In this document: positions 1 to 13,386 of the stretch, in pieces
Layout: each line of letters begins with the position of its first letter
Numbering within the stretch: the stretch's first letter is position 1
Assembly: GCA_951406725.2 (NCBI GenBank)
Contig: OX597831.1
Span: 22,754,001 to 22,818,000, forward strand
DNA from: Octopus vulgaris
Lineage: Eukaryota
Direction of reading: 5' to 3'
Length of the DNA stretch: 64,000 nucleotides
Notes under the pieces: generated by a model
What the model was told of the DNA's origin: nothing
The model's database searches: none
The model's input: the letters and a program-made list of their open reading frames with translations, nothing else
Made by a program: the position numbers and the translations under genes

Positions 1-1020
1 CACATTTTACTGCTTTTCCTGCATCTCAATCAATTTTGCGAATAAAATATTTGGTTGCTATTTCCTGTTCCTGGATTGCAAACACGTACCCTTCAAAGTG
101 GGATGTAGTAATCCGGTTATTCGTCCATGATAGATTGCTTTGATGATCAATGTTACTATCATCTCTGAGCTTTCTACTAACATATCCATGCATGGTTTTC
201 TACTCATATATGCTCATCCTTTCGTCTGATGATACGTGCGATGTCTTGGGGCATTTATTTAAGGTTATTAGACAAAGAATGCTGCTCATGGAATTACCTT
301 CCAAGTCTTATGTCATCAGCCTCAAGTATGCAAATTTGGCCAAGGGATGCACTTTGACACTTGGTGGTTAAAAGATGATGCCGAAGGGATATGATACGAC
401 ATTCAGAGGCATTTTGGATCGATGTTAAGTCTCTACCACCTTGTTTTCGTTTTAGGCAGAGACGGTCTACGTCACTGTTTATGTGGAAATTATGTGTGCA
501 TGTTAGTATTTTCCGGGTTTTCACATTAATGGCTCGGATTTCATCAAGCGTCCAATTAAGCAGCCCAAACGTTGGTATGAGTACTGGCACTGCAAGGCAC
601 ATTGTGGACAACTATTTTATTGAATGCAAAGAATTCTGAGGCCCAAATTTTCTTTATTCGACTGTACTATTCCTTAGTGACACGTGTTTTGTTATAGGTG
701 CCATTGTAAGATATGTCTTCATCCACACCGAGACACCTAGAACATTTCTCATCAGTTATAGGGGAAACAGTCAAGACATTGATGAAGATGCTGCTAGTCT
801 GGTTTATAGTTTTCTCCCTTTCAACAATCATATAACAACATTTATTCTGACCAAACTCCAACCCAACATCCTTCGAGAACGTTGTAACCAGGTCAAAGCT
901 CTTTTTCATCTCGTGCAAATTCTTGGCATAAAAGTTTCAAGTCATCCGCAAAGAAACTGTGTAATTTTGGTATTTATGTTTCCTTGCTAACCAGTTAGAC
1001 ATCCTTCGGACTTCCTTAAC
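1..1020 (-). mobile_element. Decayed R4/Dong-type non-LTR retrotransposon: RT domain to pre-zinc-knuckle region (pseudogenised)
   Basis: Minus-strand translation gives ..FFADDLKL(frameshift)YAKNLHEMKKSFDLVTTFSKDVGLEFGQNKC.., then LAVPVLIPTFGLLNWTLDEIRAINVKTRKIL..VDRLCLKRKQGGRDL, then KTMHGY..HFEGYVFAIQEQEIATKY. These are motifs of R4-clade ORFs. Stops and frameshifts are present; the 5' break abuts a (CATA)n array. Confidence 0.85.
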
Positions 1021-1139
1021 ATGTATGTATGTATGTATGTATGTATGTATGTATGTATGTATGTATGTATGTATGTATGTATGTATGTATGTATGTATGT
1101 ATGTATGTATCAGCTGGTAAAAATTAGTGCCGTATGTAT

Positions 1140-1310
1140 TCCAAAGGGTCAGCCTTGTCATACTCTTTGTCATGTTGAATCTGCCTGAGAACTGAGATAA
1201 GTGTACACGTGTCGGTGGAGCACTCAGCCACGTGCATATTAATTTCACGACCAGGCCATTCCGTTGATCAGATCAACTGGAACCCTCGTCGTCGTAACCG
1301 ACGGCGTGCT
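1140..1310 (+). mobile_element. 3' fragment of tRNA-derived SINE family B
   Basis: Matches the 3' part of the full copy at 28513-28897 (..ctcagccac..taatttcacga..ggaaccctcgtcgtcgtaaccgacgg). Confidence 0.85.
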
Positions 1311-1429
1311 ATGTATGAATCTATGTATGTATGTATGTATGCATGTATGTATGTATGTATGTATGTATGTATGTATGTATGTATGTATGTATGTATGTAT
1401 GTATGTATGTATGTATATATGTATGTATG

Positions 1430-1909
1430 TCATTATTCAGTTTATTTCAAGATTTCTTGCCAATAGAGAAAGAACTTATTTCTAACCTAGATCCAAGGTT
1501 CCTTCACTGGAATTTCAACATCAACAACAGGGTATTTTTGTATGTATGTATGTATGTATGTATGTATGTATGTATGTATGTATGTATGTATGTATGTATA
1601 TATGTATGTATGTATATATGTATGTATGTATGTATTTATGTATGTATGTATGTATGTATGTATGTATGTATGTATGTATGTATGTATGTATGTATATATG
1701 TATGTATATATGTATGTATGTCATTATTCAGTTTATTTCAAGATTTCTTGCCAATAGAGAAAGAACTTATTTCTAACCTAGATCCAAGGTTCCTTCACTG
1801 GAATTTCAACATCAACAACAGGGTATTTTTGTATGTATGGTTGTATGTATGTATGTATGTATGTATGTATGTATGTATGTATGTATGTATGTATGTATGT
1901 ATGTATGTA

Positions 1910-1946
<37 letters not shown>

Positions 1947-2320
1947 ATGTATGTACGTACGTATGTATGTATGTGCAGTTTTGTATGTTTTTTGTATGTA
2001 TTCTCAGGCATATTGTTGCATATCTAGACATGCTCACATATATTTAAATGATAAACTTCTGGAAAGTTTTGCAGATTTTTACAGTTCCTGTGATTTGATC
2101 TGTAGTTTTCAAATCAGCTTTCTCCTCTCTGGTTTTGAGAAGCCTAATTTCTCAAGATTGGTATTTAGGCAGTGTTACATATCCCAGGGCTCCAATAATT
2201 ACAGGTATTAAACTGAACTTGTAATCTGGATACAGTAACTGCAGATTTCTCAATAGTTCAGCGCAGGTGTCGTAGGTGTTCTCTTTTTCACTGATCTTCA
2301 GCTTTATGCTAACATCCGCT
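1430..2320 (-). mobile_element. 5'-truncated R4/Dong-like element ends: endonuclease-region C-terminus plus 3'UTR (1720-2320) and a second 110-bp 3'-terminal copy (1430-1540)
   Basis: Minus strand 2320-2044 translates ADVSIKLKISEKENTY..LLRNLQLLYPDYKFSLIPVIIGALGYVT..GTVKICKTFQKFII*. The 110-bp terminal block (..gaaataaactgaataatga then (CATA)n) occurs twice. Confidence 0.75.
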
Positions 2321-2529
2321 GTATGTATGTATGTATGTATGTATGTATGTATGTATGTATGTATGTATGTATGTATGTATGTATGTATGTATGTATGTAT
2401 GTATGTATGTATGTATGTATGTATGTATGTATGTATGTATGCATGTATGTATGTACGTACGTACCTACTTACGTATATTATTCGTATCCTCTTTTTAATT
2501 TAGAGTAAAATTTGACCACCCACCTACTG

Positions 2530-2728
2530 GGGAATAAGGCTCTCGAAATGCTTAACGGTATTTCGCTCGTCGCTTCATTCTGAGTTCAAATTCCACCAAA
2601 GTTGACTTTGCCTTTCATCCTTTCGGGTCGATGAAATAAGTACCAGTTGCGTACTGGGATCGATCTATTCAAACGGGCCCCTCCCCACAAAATTTCAGGC
2701 CTTGTGCTTACAGTAGAACATTTTATTA
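2530..2728 (+). mobile_element. Nin-domain SINE (family C), degenerate
   Basis: ttctgagttcaaattcc..gactttgcctttcatcctttcgggtcgat.aaataagtaccag core. Other copies at ~3785-4090(-), 6090-6312(-), 6860-6950(-), 15044-15240(+), 19562-19962(-), 20725-21127(+), 22405-22545(+), 35880-36025(-), 36410-36603(+), 50145-50282(+), 63082-63275(+). Confidence 0.85.
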
Positions 2729-2803
2729 TCATTCTTCTTCTTCTTCTTCTTCTTCTTCTTCTTCTTCTTCTTCTTCTTCTTCTTCTTCTTCTTCTTTTTC
2801 TTA

Positions 2804-2888
<85 letters not shown>

Positions 2889-3268
2889 AGTCGTCGTCGT
2901 CATCGCCATCATCATCATCATCATCATCATCATTATCATCGCCGTCGTCGTCGTAGTCGTCATCTCCGCCACCAACACTTTCAACAGTGAGATGATAAAA
3001 TCAATCACCATGGTGGACTGTGACTTTCATCTTCTTTCGATCGATAGAATATAGTCTCCAGTCAAGAAGTGCTTTGTTCGATTGGATCGATGGCCACCCA
3101 CATGTTGTTTTCTCCAAGAACACCGATCCGGACCAAAACCTTGACCGTATACATATGTCAGAAACAAAGATGGCGGCGGCTCGTCGACGATGACGACGAT
3201 GATGACGATGACGATGATGATGATGATGATGATGATGATGAGGATGATGATGATGATGATGATGATGC

Positions 3269-3320
<52 letters not shown>

Positions 3321-3328
3321 GGTGGTGG

Positions 3329-3377
<49 letters not shown>

Positions 3378-3394
3378 GGTGGTGGTGGTGGTGG

Positions 3395-3432
<38 letters not shown>

Positions 3433-3503
3433 ATGATGATGATGGTGGTGGTGGTGATGATGATGATGATGATGATTATGATGATGATGATGATGACGAT
3501 GAC

Positions 3504-3538
<35 letters not shown>

Positions 3539-3560
3539 CGATGATTATGATGATGATGAC

Positions 3561-3620
<60 letters not shown>

Positions 3621-3673
3621 GATGATGATGATGATGATGATGATGAGGATTATGATGATGATGGTGGTGGTCG

Positions 3674-3706
<33 letters not shown>

Positions 3707-3720
3707 CGACGATGACGATG

Positions 3721-3754
<34 letters not shown>

Positions 3755-3771
3755 CGATGATTATGATGATG
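2723..3771. repeat. Compound trinucleotide microsatellites (CTT/ATT/ATC/GTC; GAT/GGT) around a ~220-bp unique spacer
   Basis: Seen directly; explains the poly-D/M/I/R pseudo-ORFs. Confidence 0.95.
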
Positions 3772-4095
3772 GAAACAACAAACGGGCCTTAAATTTAGCT
3801 GGAGGCGGGTAATCGATTACATCGACAGCAATGCTTGCCTGGTACGTATTTTATCGAACCCCAAGACGACGAAATGCTAAGGCGACCTCGGTAGAATGAT
3901 AATAACAATGATTTCAAATCCTGGCGCAAGGGACGGCAATTTCAAGGGAGAAGTAACTCAATTACATCGACCCCCAATACTCAAATGTTACTTATTTGAA
4001 TCGACCCCCGAAAGTAGACCCCGGCGGAATATGAACTCAGAACGTAAGCATATTGCCTAGCGTGCTAACGATTCTACCAGTTCGCTGCCTGAATG

Positions 4096-4157
<62 letters not shown>

Positions 4158-4158
4158 T

Positions 4159-4194
<36 letters not shown>

Positions 4195-4197
<3 letters not shown>

Positions 4198-4741
4198 CAA
4201 TACCAGGCAGTGATTCTCATGGCTGCTGATTTCAACCGATTGGAATTGTTATCATGTACATTGTTTTGTCTTGGTATAAAAGATGGGTTACAGCAAATAT
4301 TTTGCTCAATACCACAGATTTGCTTGTCAGTTGCTTGACCATAACCAGTTGAGCATGTCCCTTAATAGATGATGCTATGTGCATCTCTGATCATGATCAG
4401 AAGTAGAGAGGGAGCACCATAGCCATGTGTTGAGAGGAATTCTTTGGGGTTTGAATAATTCACCTCTGGAAACATGAGTGTTTTGTTCGTTATCCTTAAA
4501 CAAACCTTATTCAAGGACCTTTTGAGTGGATGGGCTACTCAACCTGAAAAAATTCTAGCTGGGCCCCACCTGCAAGGTCGTGCGCTATTTATCTTGATGT
4601 AAGATCATCATATTGCGCACATGTGGTTGTAATGCATGTACCTGGTGTACCTTTATCAGACGGGTAGTAATGATGGGTATATTGGGCTTCGTATAAGTGT
4701 ACCCCAGTGTCACTTTGATGGCATGTACTACTCTCTCACTC
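4195..4741. mobile_element. Unclassified ~550-bp interspersed repeat (family E) embedded in (TAA)n
   Basis: The first ~250 bp recur at 21135-21380 (+) and 22155-22403 (-) at high identity; no ORF recognised. Confidence 0.75.
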
Positions 4742-4844
<103 letters not shown>

Positions 4845-5079
4845 CATTATTATCACCCACGCACATTATCAAGACGTTTTCCACCATCTAATATATAGGT
4901 GTCTGGGGTCTCTGGTTGAGACCCGATCGGAAGATGAAATAAAATGCAAATCAATCGCAAAAAAGTAATAACAATAATAATAACAATAATAATAATAATA
5001 ATGATAATGATACTGACAACAGCAACAACAACAGCAATAACATCAAAGCACAATAAAAGTAACATTACTAATAAAGCGA

Positions 5080-6315
5080 TCATACTCTGGGGATATGCCG
5101 ATACACACCGATACAGAGATCAGGAGGCAAACCGACCAGATACTGTTGTCAAGGACTACCAAGTAAAAACATACATTCCTATCGGCTTATCAATCCCAAT
5201 AGATGACTGTGTCTCTGAAAGAAATAGAGATGCTATCGAAATACAAAGCTCTGGTTAGAGACATAACCCGAACATGGGGCCAGGAAACAGAAAGAATCCT
5301 TATTATAATAATAATGATGATGATGACAAAAAGAACGGAAAGTGCCAGATAGTTGACTTTACAGTCCCATGTGATGAAAAATCAATATGAGTGGCTGTGT
5401 GGTAAATAGCTTGCTAACCAACCACATGGTTCCGGGTTCAGTCCCACTGCGTTGAACCTTGGGCAAGAGTCTTCTGCTATAGGCCCGGGCCGACCAAAGC
5501 CTTGTGAGTGAATTTGGTAGACGGAAACTGAAAGAAGCCTGCCGTATATATGTATGTATATATATATGTGTGTGTGTGTGTGTGTCTGCGTTTGTCCCCC
5601 TAGCATTGCTTGACAACCGATGCTGGTGTGTTTACGTCCCCGTCACTTAGCGGTTCGGCAAAAGAGACCGATAGAATAAGTACTGGGCTTACAAAAGAAT
5701 AAGTCCCGGGGTCGATTTGCTCGACTAAAGGCGGTGCTCCAGCATGGCCGCAGTCAAATGACTGAAACAAGTAAAAGAGTAAATGAGAGAGTATGAGAAA
5801 TATGGAAAAACTAGCAAAGTGCCAGGACCTAGCCATTGTATTACAGAGACTATGGAAATTGCAGGTAAAATGTATCCCAGTAGTTATAGGTGCATTAGGA
5901 ACTATCCCCAAAGATTTGAACAGATGGGTAGAGGATATAGGCATAAAACCCAGTTTAGTACAGCACTAGAAAACAGCTAGGTGACTTAGGAAAGTTTTTG
6001 GCGCCTAAGGTTACTTGTTGTAGTCAGATGTTAGGATTTTTTCATTCCCAACAGTCTGATCTGTTGTGTGTATATGAATAATGGTAATAATAATTTCTAC
6101 TACAGGCAGGAGGCCTGAATTGGTTCTTTTACTGTGGGGTGGGGGACTAGTCGCTTTAATCCCAGTGTTTTACTGGTACTTAACCTATCAACTCCGGCAG
6201 GATGAAAAGCAAAGTCGACCTCGACGGAATTTGAATTAAGAAGGTAGCAACAGACGAAATACTACAATCATTTAGCCCAGCTTGTTAAAGATTCTACTAG
6301 CTCGCCGCCTTATAA

Positions 6316-6381
<66 letters not shown>

Positions 6382-6700
6382 CTAAAAGAAACGGAGAAGC
6401 ATTCAAATTACAAAGACCTGGAAATAGAGGTATTTCGAATGTGGAGTCTAAAAACAGAAACTACTTCTATCACGGTAGGCGTGTTAGGTATGATAAAATA
6501 AATATTCAGACAAATACATAACAAAAACACAGGGACAAACAAATATATGTAAAATGCAGAAAATAGCACTACTAGGCACTGCACACATCCTACGTAAAAC
6601 AAAAAAAAAAGAGCTTCACAACAAACCACAGCACATACTCAAATTACACAGAACTGCGTTGGGTAGTGCAGTGAAAGTACGTAATAAAAACAAGACTACT
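5080..6700 (+). mobile_element. Cluster of decayed R4/Dong-like 3' fragments (REL endonuclease region) in (TAA)n arrays
   Basis: ILWG..ANRPDTVVKD (5085-5300). Pieces at 5325-5388 and 5783-6080 are split by a SINE and encode a ..YPVVIGALGTIP-like motif. 6380-6700 encodes ..YKDLEIEVFRMWSLKTET..VGVLGMIKK. All are similar to 43633-43961. Confidence 0.7.
5389..5783 (+). mobile_element. tRNA-derived SINE family A (~400 bp with internal TA/TG microsatellite)
   Basis: A/B-box-like head (gtggctgtgtggtaa..ggttcagtccc), ccttgggcaag core and gactgaaacaagtaaaagag tail; many near-identical copies in the window. Confidence 0.9.
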
Positions 6701-6722
6701 GAATAATAATAATAATAACAAC

Positions 6723-6775
<53 letters not shown>

Positions 6776-6795
6776 TAATAATAATAATAATAATA

Positions 6796-6830
<35 letters not shown>

Positions 6831-6954
6831 AATAATAATAATTATAATAATAATAATAATTCTTTCTACTAAAGCCACAAGGCCTGAAATTTGGAGGGAG
6901 GGTACTGGTCGATTATATCGACCCCAGTGTTTCACTGGTACTTAATTTTATGTG

Positions 6955-7920
6955 CAACATAAAATGGCAAAATAAGATATCCAATGTCAAAATGTTTTTT
7001 TAAATGTGATACCTCCAGTATCCAAAGCATGCTGATGAGAATTCAGTGCAGATGGGTAGGACATGTTGTTCGAAAGAAAAATGACCGCATTCCAAAAATT
7101 ATTTTGTATTGGCAACAAGTGGAGGGATATTGCGATAAAGGAATACCAGTCCTTAGGTACAAGGATTGGGACACTCCGTCGGTTACGACGACGTGGGTTC
7201 CAGATGATCCGATCAACGGAACAACCTGCTCGTGAAATTGATGTGCCAGTAGCTGAGAACTCCACAGACATGTATACTCTTAACTTAGTTCTCGGGAAGA
7301 TTCAGCGTGACACAGTGTGTGATGAGGCTGGCCCTTTGAAATACAGGTTCAGCAGAAACAAGGAGAAAGAGTGAGAGAAAGTTGTTGTGAAAGAGTACAG
7401 CAGGGTTCGCCACCACCCCTTGTTAGAGCCTCGTAGAGCTTTAGGTGTTTTCACTCAATAAACACTCACAACGTCCGGTCTGGGAATCGAAACCGCGATC
7501 CTACCACAGCGAGTCCGCTGTCCTAACCACTGGGCCATTGCGCCTCCACCTGTACAAGGGTAAGCTGAAGGAACCATTAAAATCTCTACATCTTAATTTG
7601 ACATCTTGGGAAAGTCATTGCTTCGATCAGTCTGCATGGCGTAAAATGTGTCACGATGCATCCAAACATTTTGAGTTGAAGAAAAAGAACAATGGACGAA
7701 TTATATCCTGCAATCAACACATTTGCCCAGTCCCAGCCAAAATCAAGATCATTAACGTCTCCATTGCTACTTCATAGCAAAATACATCCGTGGACTCAAA
7801 TTATATTCACGCATCCATCACAAATAGATGCAGCTTCTTAATGCTTCTTTTTTTGCTGTTTTCTTTCTAACTTAAAGTCATCTCTTTCAAACACTCATAC
7901 TTTGAAATCGATGGGAGCGA
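6955..7920 (+). mobile_element. RTE-clade LINE 3' fragment interrupted by SINE B
   Basis: SIQSMLMRIQCRWVGHVVRKKNDRIPKIILY..LRYKD // YKGKLKEPLKSL..SWESHCFDQSAWRK is a typical RTE C-terminal motif set; gtacaagg is duplicated around the SINE. Confidence 0.8.
7170..7550 (-). mobile_element. SINE family B (tRNA-Arg-like head), full length
   Basis: Reverse complement of the copies at 28513-28897 and 54192-54562. Confidence 0.9.
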
Positions 7921-8079
7921 CCATCATTATTATTAAGATGGCAGGCTGTGAATTGAGGAAAATCTAACTGTTATTTCTAGCAGTGTCAGTGATGAATTAC
8001 TTATTCACTATAGACGAACCAAAAGGGAGCCTCCCTTACATTAACTAATAATATTTGGAATGACCACATAAAAGTGTCT

Positions 8080-8905
8080 GTTTTTAGTGCATTTTAGCAA
8101 TTATGTCGAACTGCCTTGCTTGGCTCATATAAACGATTCTGTTGTGTTGCCTTTCTTGGCTCAGTTGAGTAACCACGTTGAGGTACGTTTCTTAGATTAG
8201 TTAGAGTACCCTACTGTGACACACTTCTTGGTTCAGTTGAACGGCTTCATTGAGTCACTTCCCTTGCAGCATTTGAATAACGCTGTTGAGTTACCTTTGA
8301 TGGATCAATTAGACGACCACATTAAGACGTTTCTTGGATCAGTTGAACTATGTTGTTGTTGAGACATTACTTTGTTCAGCTGAACGGCTTCATTGTATTA
8401 CTTCTTTTGGAGCACTTTGATAACGCTGTTGAATTACTTTTGGTGGATCAATTCAACGACCACATTAAGACGTGTTTCTTGGATCAGTTGAACTATGTTG
8501 TTGAGACACGCTTCTTTGTTTTGTTTCACGGTTTCATTGAGTCGCTGTTTTTGGAACATTTTGATAACGCTGTTAAATTTTGGTGGATCAATTCAACGAC
8601 CGCATTTAGACGTGTTTCTTGGATCAGTTGAACTATGTTGTTGAGATACGCTTCTTTGTGCCGTTGCACGGTTTCATTGAGTCGCTGTTTTAGGAGCACT
8701 TTAATAATGATATTGATTTATATTTGATGGATCAGTTAAACGACCACATTAAGGCATGTGTCTATCTTGTTGTTGAGACTTTGTTCAGTTGAACGGCTTC
8801 ATTGACTCACTCGCTGTGTTTGGAACACTTTAATAACGCTGTTGAGTTGCCTTTGACGATCAGTTAAACGACCACGTTAAAATATGTTTCTTGAATCAGT
8901 TAAAT
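8080..8905 (+). repeat. Diverged 36-bp tandem repeat with a ~144-bp higher-order unit; continues at 9568-9770 and 9941-10130
   Basis: Units such as ttcttggatcagttgaactatgttgttgagacacgc / ttggtggatcaattcaacgaccacattaagacgtgt recur with period 36 and 4x36. Confidence 0.85.
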
Positions 8906-9241
8906 TAGTGTTTCTCAACAATTTTGTCTTTTGCCGTAGGACACCTTTAATTCCTATTTTACTTTACTGGACTTTCATAACCATTCGATGGTTAAAGAAT
9001 TATATTATGTTTTTATAATTAAACATTAAGAACTTACACTTTTACTTGTTTCACTCATGTGACTGTGGCCATGCTGAAGCACCGCCTTTAGTCGTGCAAA
9101 TCGACCTCAGGACTTATTCTTTGTAAGCCTAGTACTTATTCTATCGGTCTCTTTTGCTGAACCGGTAAGTTACGGGGATGTAAACACACCAGCATCGGTT
9201 GTCAAGCGATGTTGGGGAGACAAACACAAACGCACAAACAT

Positions 9242-9288
<47 letters not shown>

Positions 9289-9567
9289 TACGACGGGCTT
9301 CTTTCAGTTTCCGTCTACCAAATCCACCCACAAGGCTTTGGTCGGCCCCAGGCTATAGTAGAAAACACTTGCCCAATGTGTCACACAGTGGGACTGAACC
9401 CGAAACCATGTGATTGGTAAGCAAGCTACTTACCACACAGCCACTCCTACGCCTATACTGTATAAAAGAGTTGTAAAAATATTTTATGCATTGTCGAAAT
9501 ATAACCATTTTATTGCAGATAAATTTTAACAACAAAATCTTATATGGCCCCCTGTTGAGAACCACTG
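8906..9567. mobile_element. hAT-type MITE with nested SINE A (9040-9455, minus)
   Basis: TIRs tagtgtttctcaac / gttgagaaccactg; 8-bp TSD agttaaat (8898-8905) / agttaaac (9568-9575); related copy at 36093-36939. Confidence 0.8.
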
Positions 9568-10312
9568 AGTTAAACTATTTGGTTGAGATACACGTCTTTG
9601 TTCAGTTGAACTGCTCCATTGAGTCACTTTTCTTTGAGCATTGGAATAACCCTGATAAGTTACCATTGTTGGATCAGTTAAACGACCGAGTAGAAACTTG
9701 TTTCTTGGATCAGCGAAGTTTTAATTGGCTGTGTCTCTCGGCTCAGCTGAGCCGCATTGAAATACTCTTCACATTAATTATTTCAGCTTTGACCTTAATC
9801 ATTTTTGGTTTTCGTTCGCAAACCATGATTTCCTACAACTCGTCTCCTTGACTGAACTCTAAAGCATTTGTCCAAGTTTTAATGGATGCTTGGCTTTAAG
9901 AGAGTTTCGAAGCGCTCATGGTCTTTTATCAGAACCACTGAGTTAAACTATTTGGTTGAGATACACGTCTTTGTTCAGTTGAACTGCTCCATTGAGTCAC
10001 TTCTTTGAGCATTGGAATAACCCTGATAAGTTACCGTTGTTGGATCAGTTAAACGACCGAGTAGAAACTTGTTTCTTGGATCAGCGAAGTGTTAATTCGC
10101 TGAGTCTCTCGGCTCAGCTGAGTCGCATTGAAATACTCTTCCCATTAATTATTTCAGCTTTGACCTTAATCATTTTTTGGTTTTCGTAGACACACCATGA
10201 TTTCCTACAATTTGTCTCCTTGACTGAGCTCTAGTCTTAAATCAAGTATTTGTCCAAGCTTTAATGGATGCTTGGATTCAGGAGAGTTTCGAAGCGCTCA
10301 CGGTCTTTTATC
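9558..10312 (+). repeat. ~373-bp tandem duplication
   Basis: 9558-9930 is repeated from 9931 at high identity, starting inside the right MITE TIR. Confidence 0.9.
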
Positions 10313-10673
10313 AGCTGGGAAATATAATTGGTGGCACGCCCACGTTTGCCTTCAGTCTATAGTGAATAAGTGGGAAGTTTCAAAGAGGATATACTGAGTT
10401 ATACTTCGAGTATCGCTGAAAACGTGTTAACGGATGCAAATCTCAGGGGATTTGCAAACGAGAATTATGAATGATAACGCAATCTCCTTTATCAGCTCGT
10501 ACCATCGATCCGCTCGAAATAGCAGCCATACGTCCCTCAAATCACATCCCACCAACATATACAATATTGTCCCTGATATCCCAGACGTCCGGTTGAACTG
10601 ACCAGAAGCCAACAATAACGATATCCACTTCCGATTCCTCCTCCCCCTCCTCCTCATCATCATCATCACCCCC

Positions 10674-10704
<31 letters not shown>

Positions 10705-10736
10705 CCAACATCATTACCACCACCACCACCACCACC

Positions 10737-10770
<34 letters not shown>

Positions 10771-11032
10771 TCAATGCCAATAACTCGACTTCTCCATGAT
10801 GTAGAGAATAAAACGAAACTAGTGCGTTACACACACACACACGCACACAAATACATACACACGCGAGCGCACGTGTATACTAATAATGGCGAGACATTAT
10901 ATAAGATAATGTAAATTGATTACTATATCATATGTAGATCGAATACAATTGTCATCTGATGCTGTTATGTTATGAAGCCTTATAAAACCACCATCATATT
11001 CTTTTCTCAAGGAAGATTATATATATATATAT

Positions 11033-11517
11033 CTTACTCTTTTACTCTTTTACTTCTTTCAGTCATTTGACTCCGGCCATTCTGGAGCATCGCCTTTAGT
11101 CGAGCAAATCGACCGCAGGATTTATTCTTTGTAAGCCTAGTACTTATTCTATCGGTCTCTTTTGCCGAATCGCTAAGTTACGGAGACGTAAACACACCAG
11201 CATCGGTTGTCAAGCGATTGCTGTGGGGACAAACGCAAACACACACACACACACACACACACATACATACATACATACATACATACACACATACATACAT
11301 ACATACATACATACATACATACATACATACATACATAATTACATACATACATACATATATATATATCTACATATGCATATATATACGACAGACTTCTTTC
11401 AGTTTCCGTCTACCAAATCCACTCACAAGGCTTTTGTCGGGCCGAGGCTATAGTAGAAAACCTGGAACCATGTGGTTGGTAAGCAAGCTACTTACCATAC
11501 ACCCACTCCTGCGCCTA
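11033..11517 (-). mobile_element. SINE family A
   Basis: Reverse complement of the family A sequence with an expanded internal (CA)/(CATA) tract. Confidence 0.9.
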
Positions 11518-11647
11518 TATATATACATACATGCATACATACATACATACATACATACATACATACATACTATTGATATGTATGTATATGTATGTGTGTG
11601 TGTGTAAATATATATACATATATATATACATATATACATATAAATAA

Positions 11648-11723
<76 letters not shown>

Positions 11724-12500
11724 TCTTCATCAACCAGGTAACAATGGTGAAGAGATGTGGTATGGAGGGCAAAGTTGATATTACTACGGACAGGATATTA
11801 CCATTCCAAACAAACTTTGATCAATTTTTTTACTGTTTGATGTTTTTGTTGTTGTTGTTGTTGTTGTTGTTGCTCAGACATAGGTCAACCTAAATCTAGC
11901 AGACATGTGATGAAAGAAGACGTTCCAACTGTGACAAACACATCTTTCACTCAGACGTACTGCGTTTCGCATTACAAAAAAATCCGATGCGTTCTTCCTT
12001 TTGATGTCATGTTGCTCCAGGTCAATCCTGAAAGGGGAGATTTATGATCAAAGATGCTCCAGTCGCGACCATCACTTCTTTCATTTATAGATTCAGACTT
12101 AGTGTATATAAGATTAAATTAATCCTAGTCGAATAAGGGGGGAAAAAAGTCTTGCTTAAATATTTCCAGCTGTGGCCATATCGGTTTTTCTTCAGGTATA
12201 GTTTATCACGGTCTAAATTACCCAATGTGCACTTTCTTCTTTTAAACGATATCGCTGTCGCCTGCGGGAGATGTTACTGCTATTTCTCATAGGTCAGTCG
12301 AATGCATGGAAGTTACCTCCTTGGTATAGGGTTAAATTGATTGCTGTTGCATTTGTTTCGCCCCATTTCAGCCCCGGTCGGACACCACATAATAATAATA
12401 AACCAGATTCAGTGCTTTTATATATTGATTTCAAATTTTAGCATAAGTCCCGAAATTTTGTGTGTTTTTAACTGGCTTATAAACACCTTCAACGCTGCAA

Positions 12501-12554
<54 letters not shown>

Positions 12555-12565
12555 TATATAACTGC

Positions 12566-12621
<56 letters not shown>

Positions 12622-12837
12622 CAACACATGAGATGCAGCATGAAGTTTTGTCAGTGAACAGGTCGCGGTCTCAAAGCGACGAAAATATTTTGACAAATTA
12701 AATTTAAATGTTGAAGTGAATCTAACGGTTTTGTGTGTTTCTTAAATGGCTTACAAACACCTTCCATGCTGCAATTGTTTTCGTTCCAGCACACGATCTC
12801 AGATCAAGTCACTCGCTAAGCAAGTACATCTCCGTAA

Positions 12838-12887
<50 letters not shown>

Positions 12888-13327
12888 TGGTGGCTTGTTT
12901 CTGACAAATAGCATTCGTATAAAACCCATTCGACGTCAATATCACCAAGCTAAACGGAGGCCATATTAGGAAAATCGCTCTTATAACAGTGGCTGGTGGT
13001 AACTGTAAACACGATTTTGAGCATACCGTAAAGGCAGCGATATCGTTAAATTCCTATAACGTCTACTTGACTTGTAAAGCTTTAACGGTAAAAGCGTTAC
13101 AGTGACCAAATTTAATATTAAAGTCCAAAATCAAATATATCCATTATCGCCTGAAGGATCACACGGGCTGAGAAACTGTGACTAAAAGCGGAGTAAATTA
13201 TCAAACGCTGACGATGATATAAAAATTTTCACCAGCTTGTTTCCTCAAACGCGTGTATATATATTATATTATATTATATTGTATCATATTACATCATATA
13301 ATATTAAATTATATTGTATTATATTTT

Positions 13328-13386
13328 ATTTCGCTGATGAAATAATTGCGTGGTAACATAAAATTATTGAAACGAGCATACAATTG
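13328..13386 (+). ncRNA. Degenerate type I hammerhead motif
   Basis: CTGATGA-aataatt(14 nt)aattatt-GAAAC gagc ATA; perfect 7-bp stem II, but stems I and III are decayed. Confidence 0.45.

Larger units (their letters stand above)
1021..2475. repeat. (TATG)n microsatellite arrays interleaved with retroelement pieces
   Basis: Tracts at ~1021-1110, 1311-1430, 1541-1720, 1831-1975 and 2321-2475. Confidence 0.95.

Noticed and set aside
2965-3185. Unique spacer with short open frames between microsatellites
   Set aside because: No consistent exon boundaries or homology recognisable.
3069-3812. 247-aa poly-Asp/Gly ORF and similar poly-M/I/T/YVCM/HTYI ORFs throughout the window
   Set aside because: They are translations of microsatellites, open in several frames because the repeats lack stops.
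13148-13195. Hammerhead-like ctgaagga..gaaact (also 16215-16260, 14160-14250 minus, 47540-47595 minus)
   Set aside because: Core mismatches plus missing stem I or NUH triplet; not counted.
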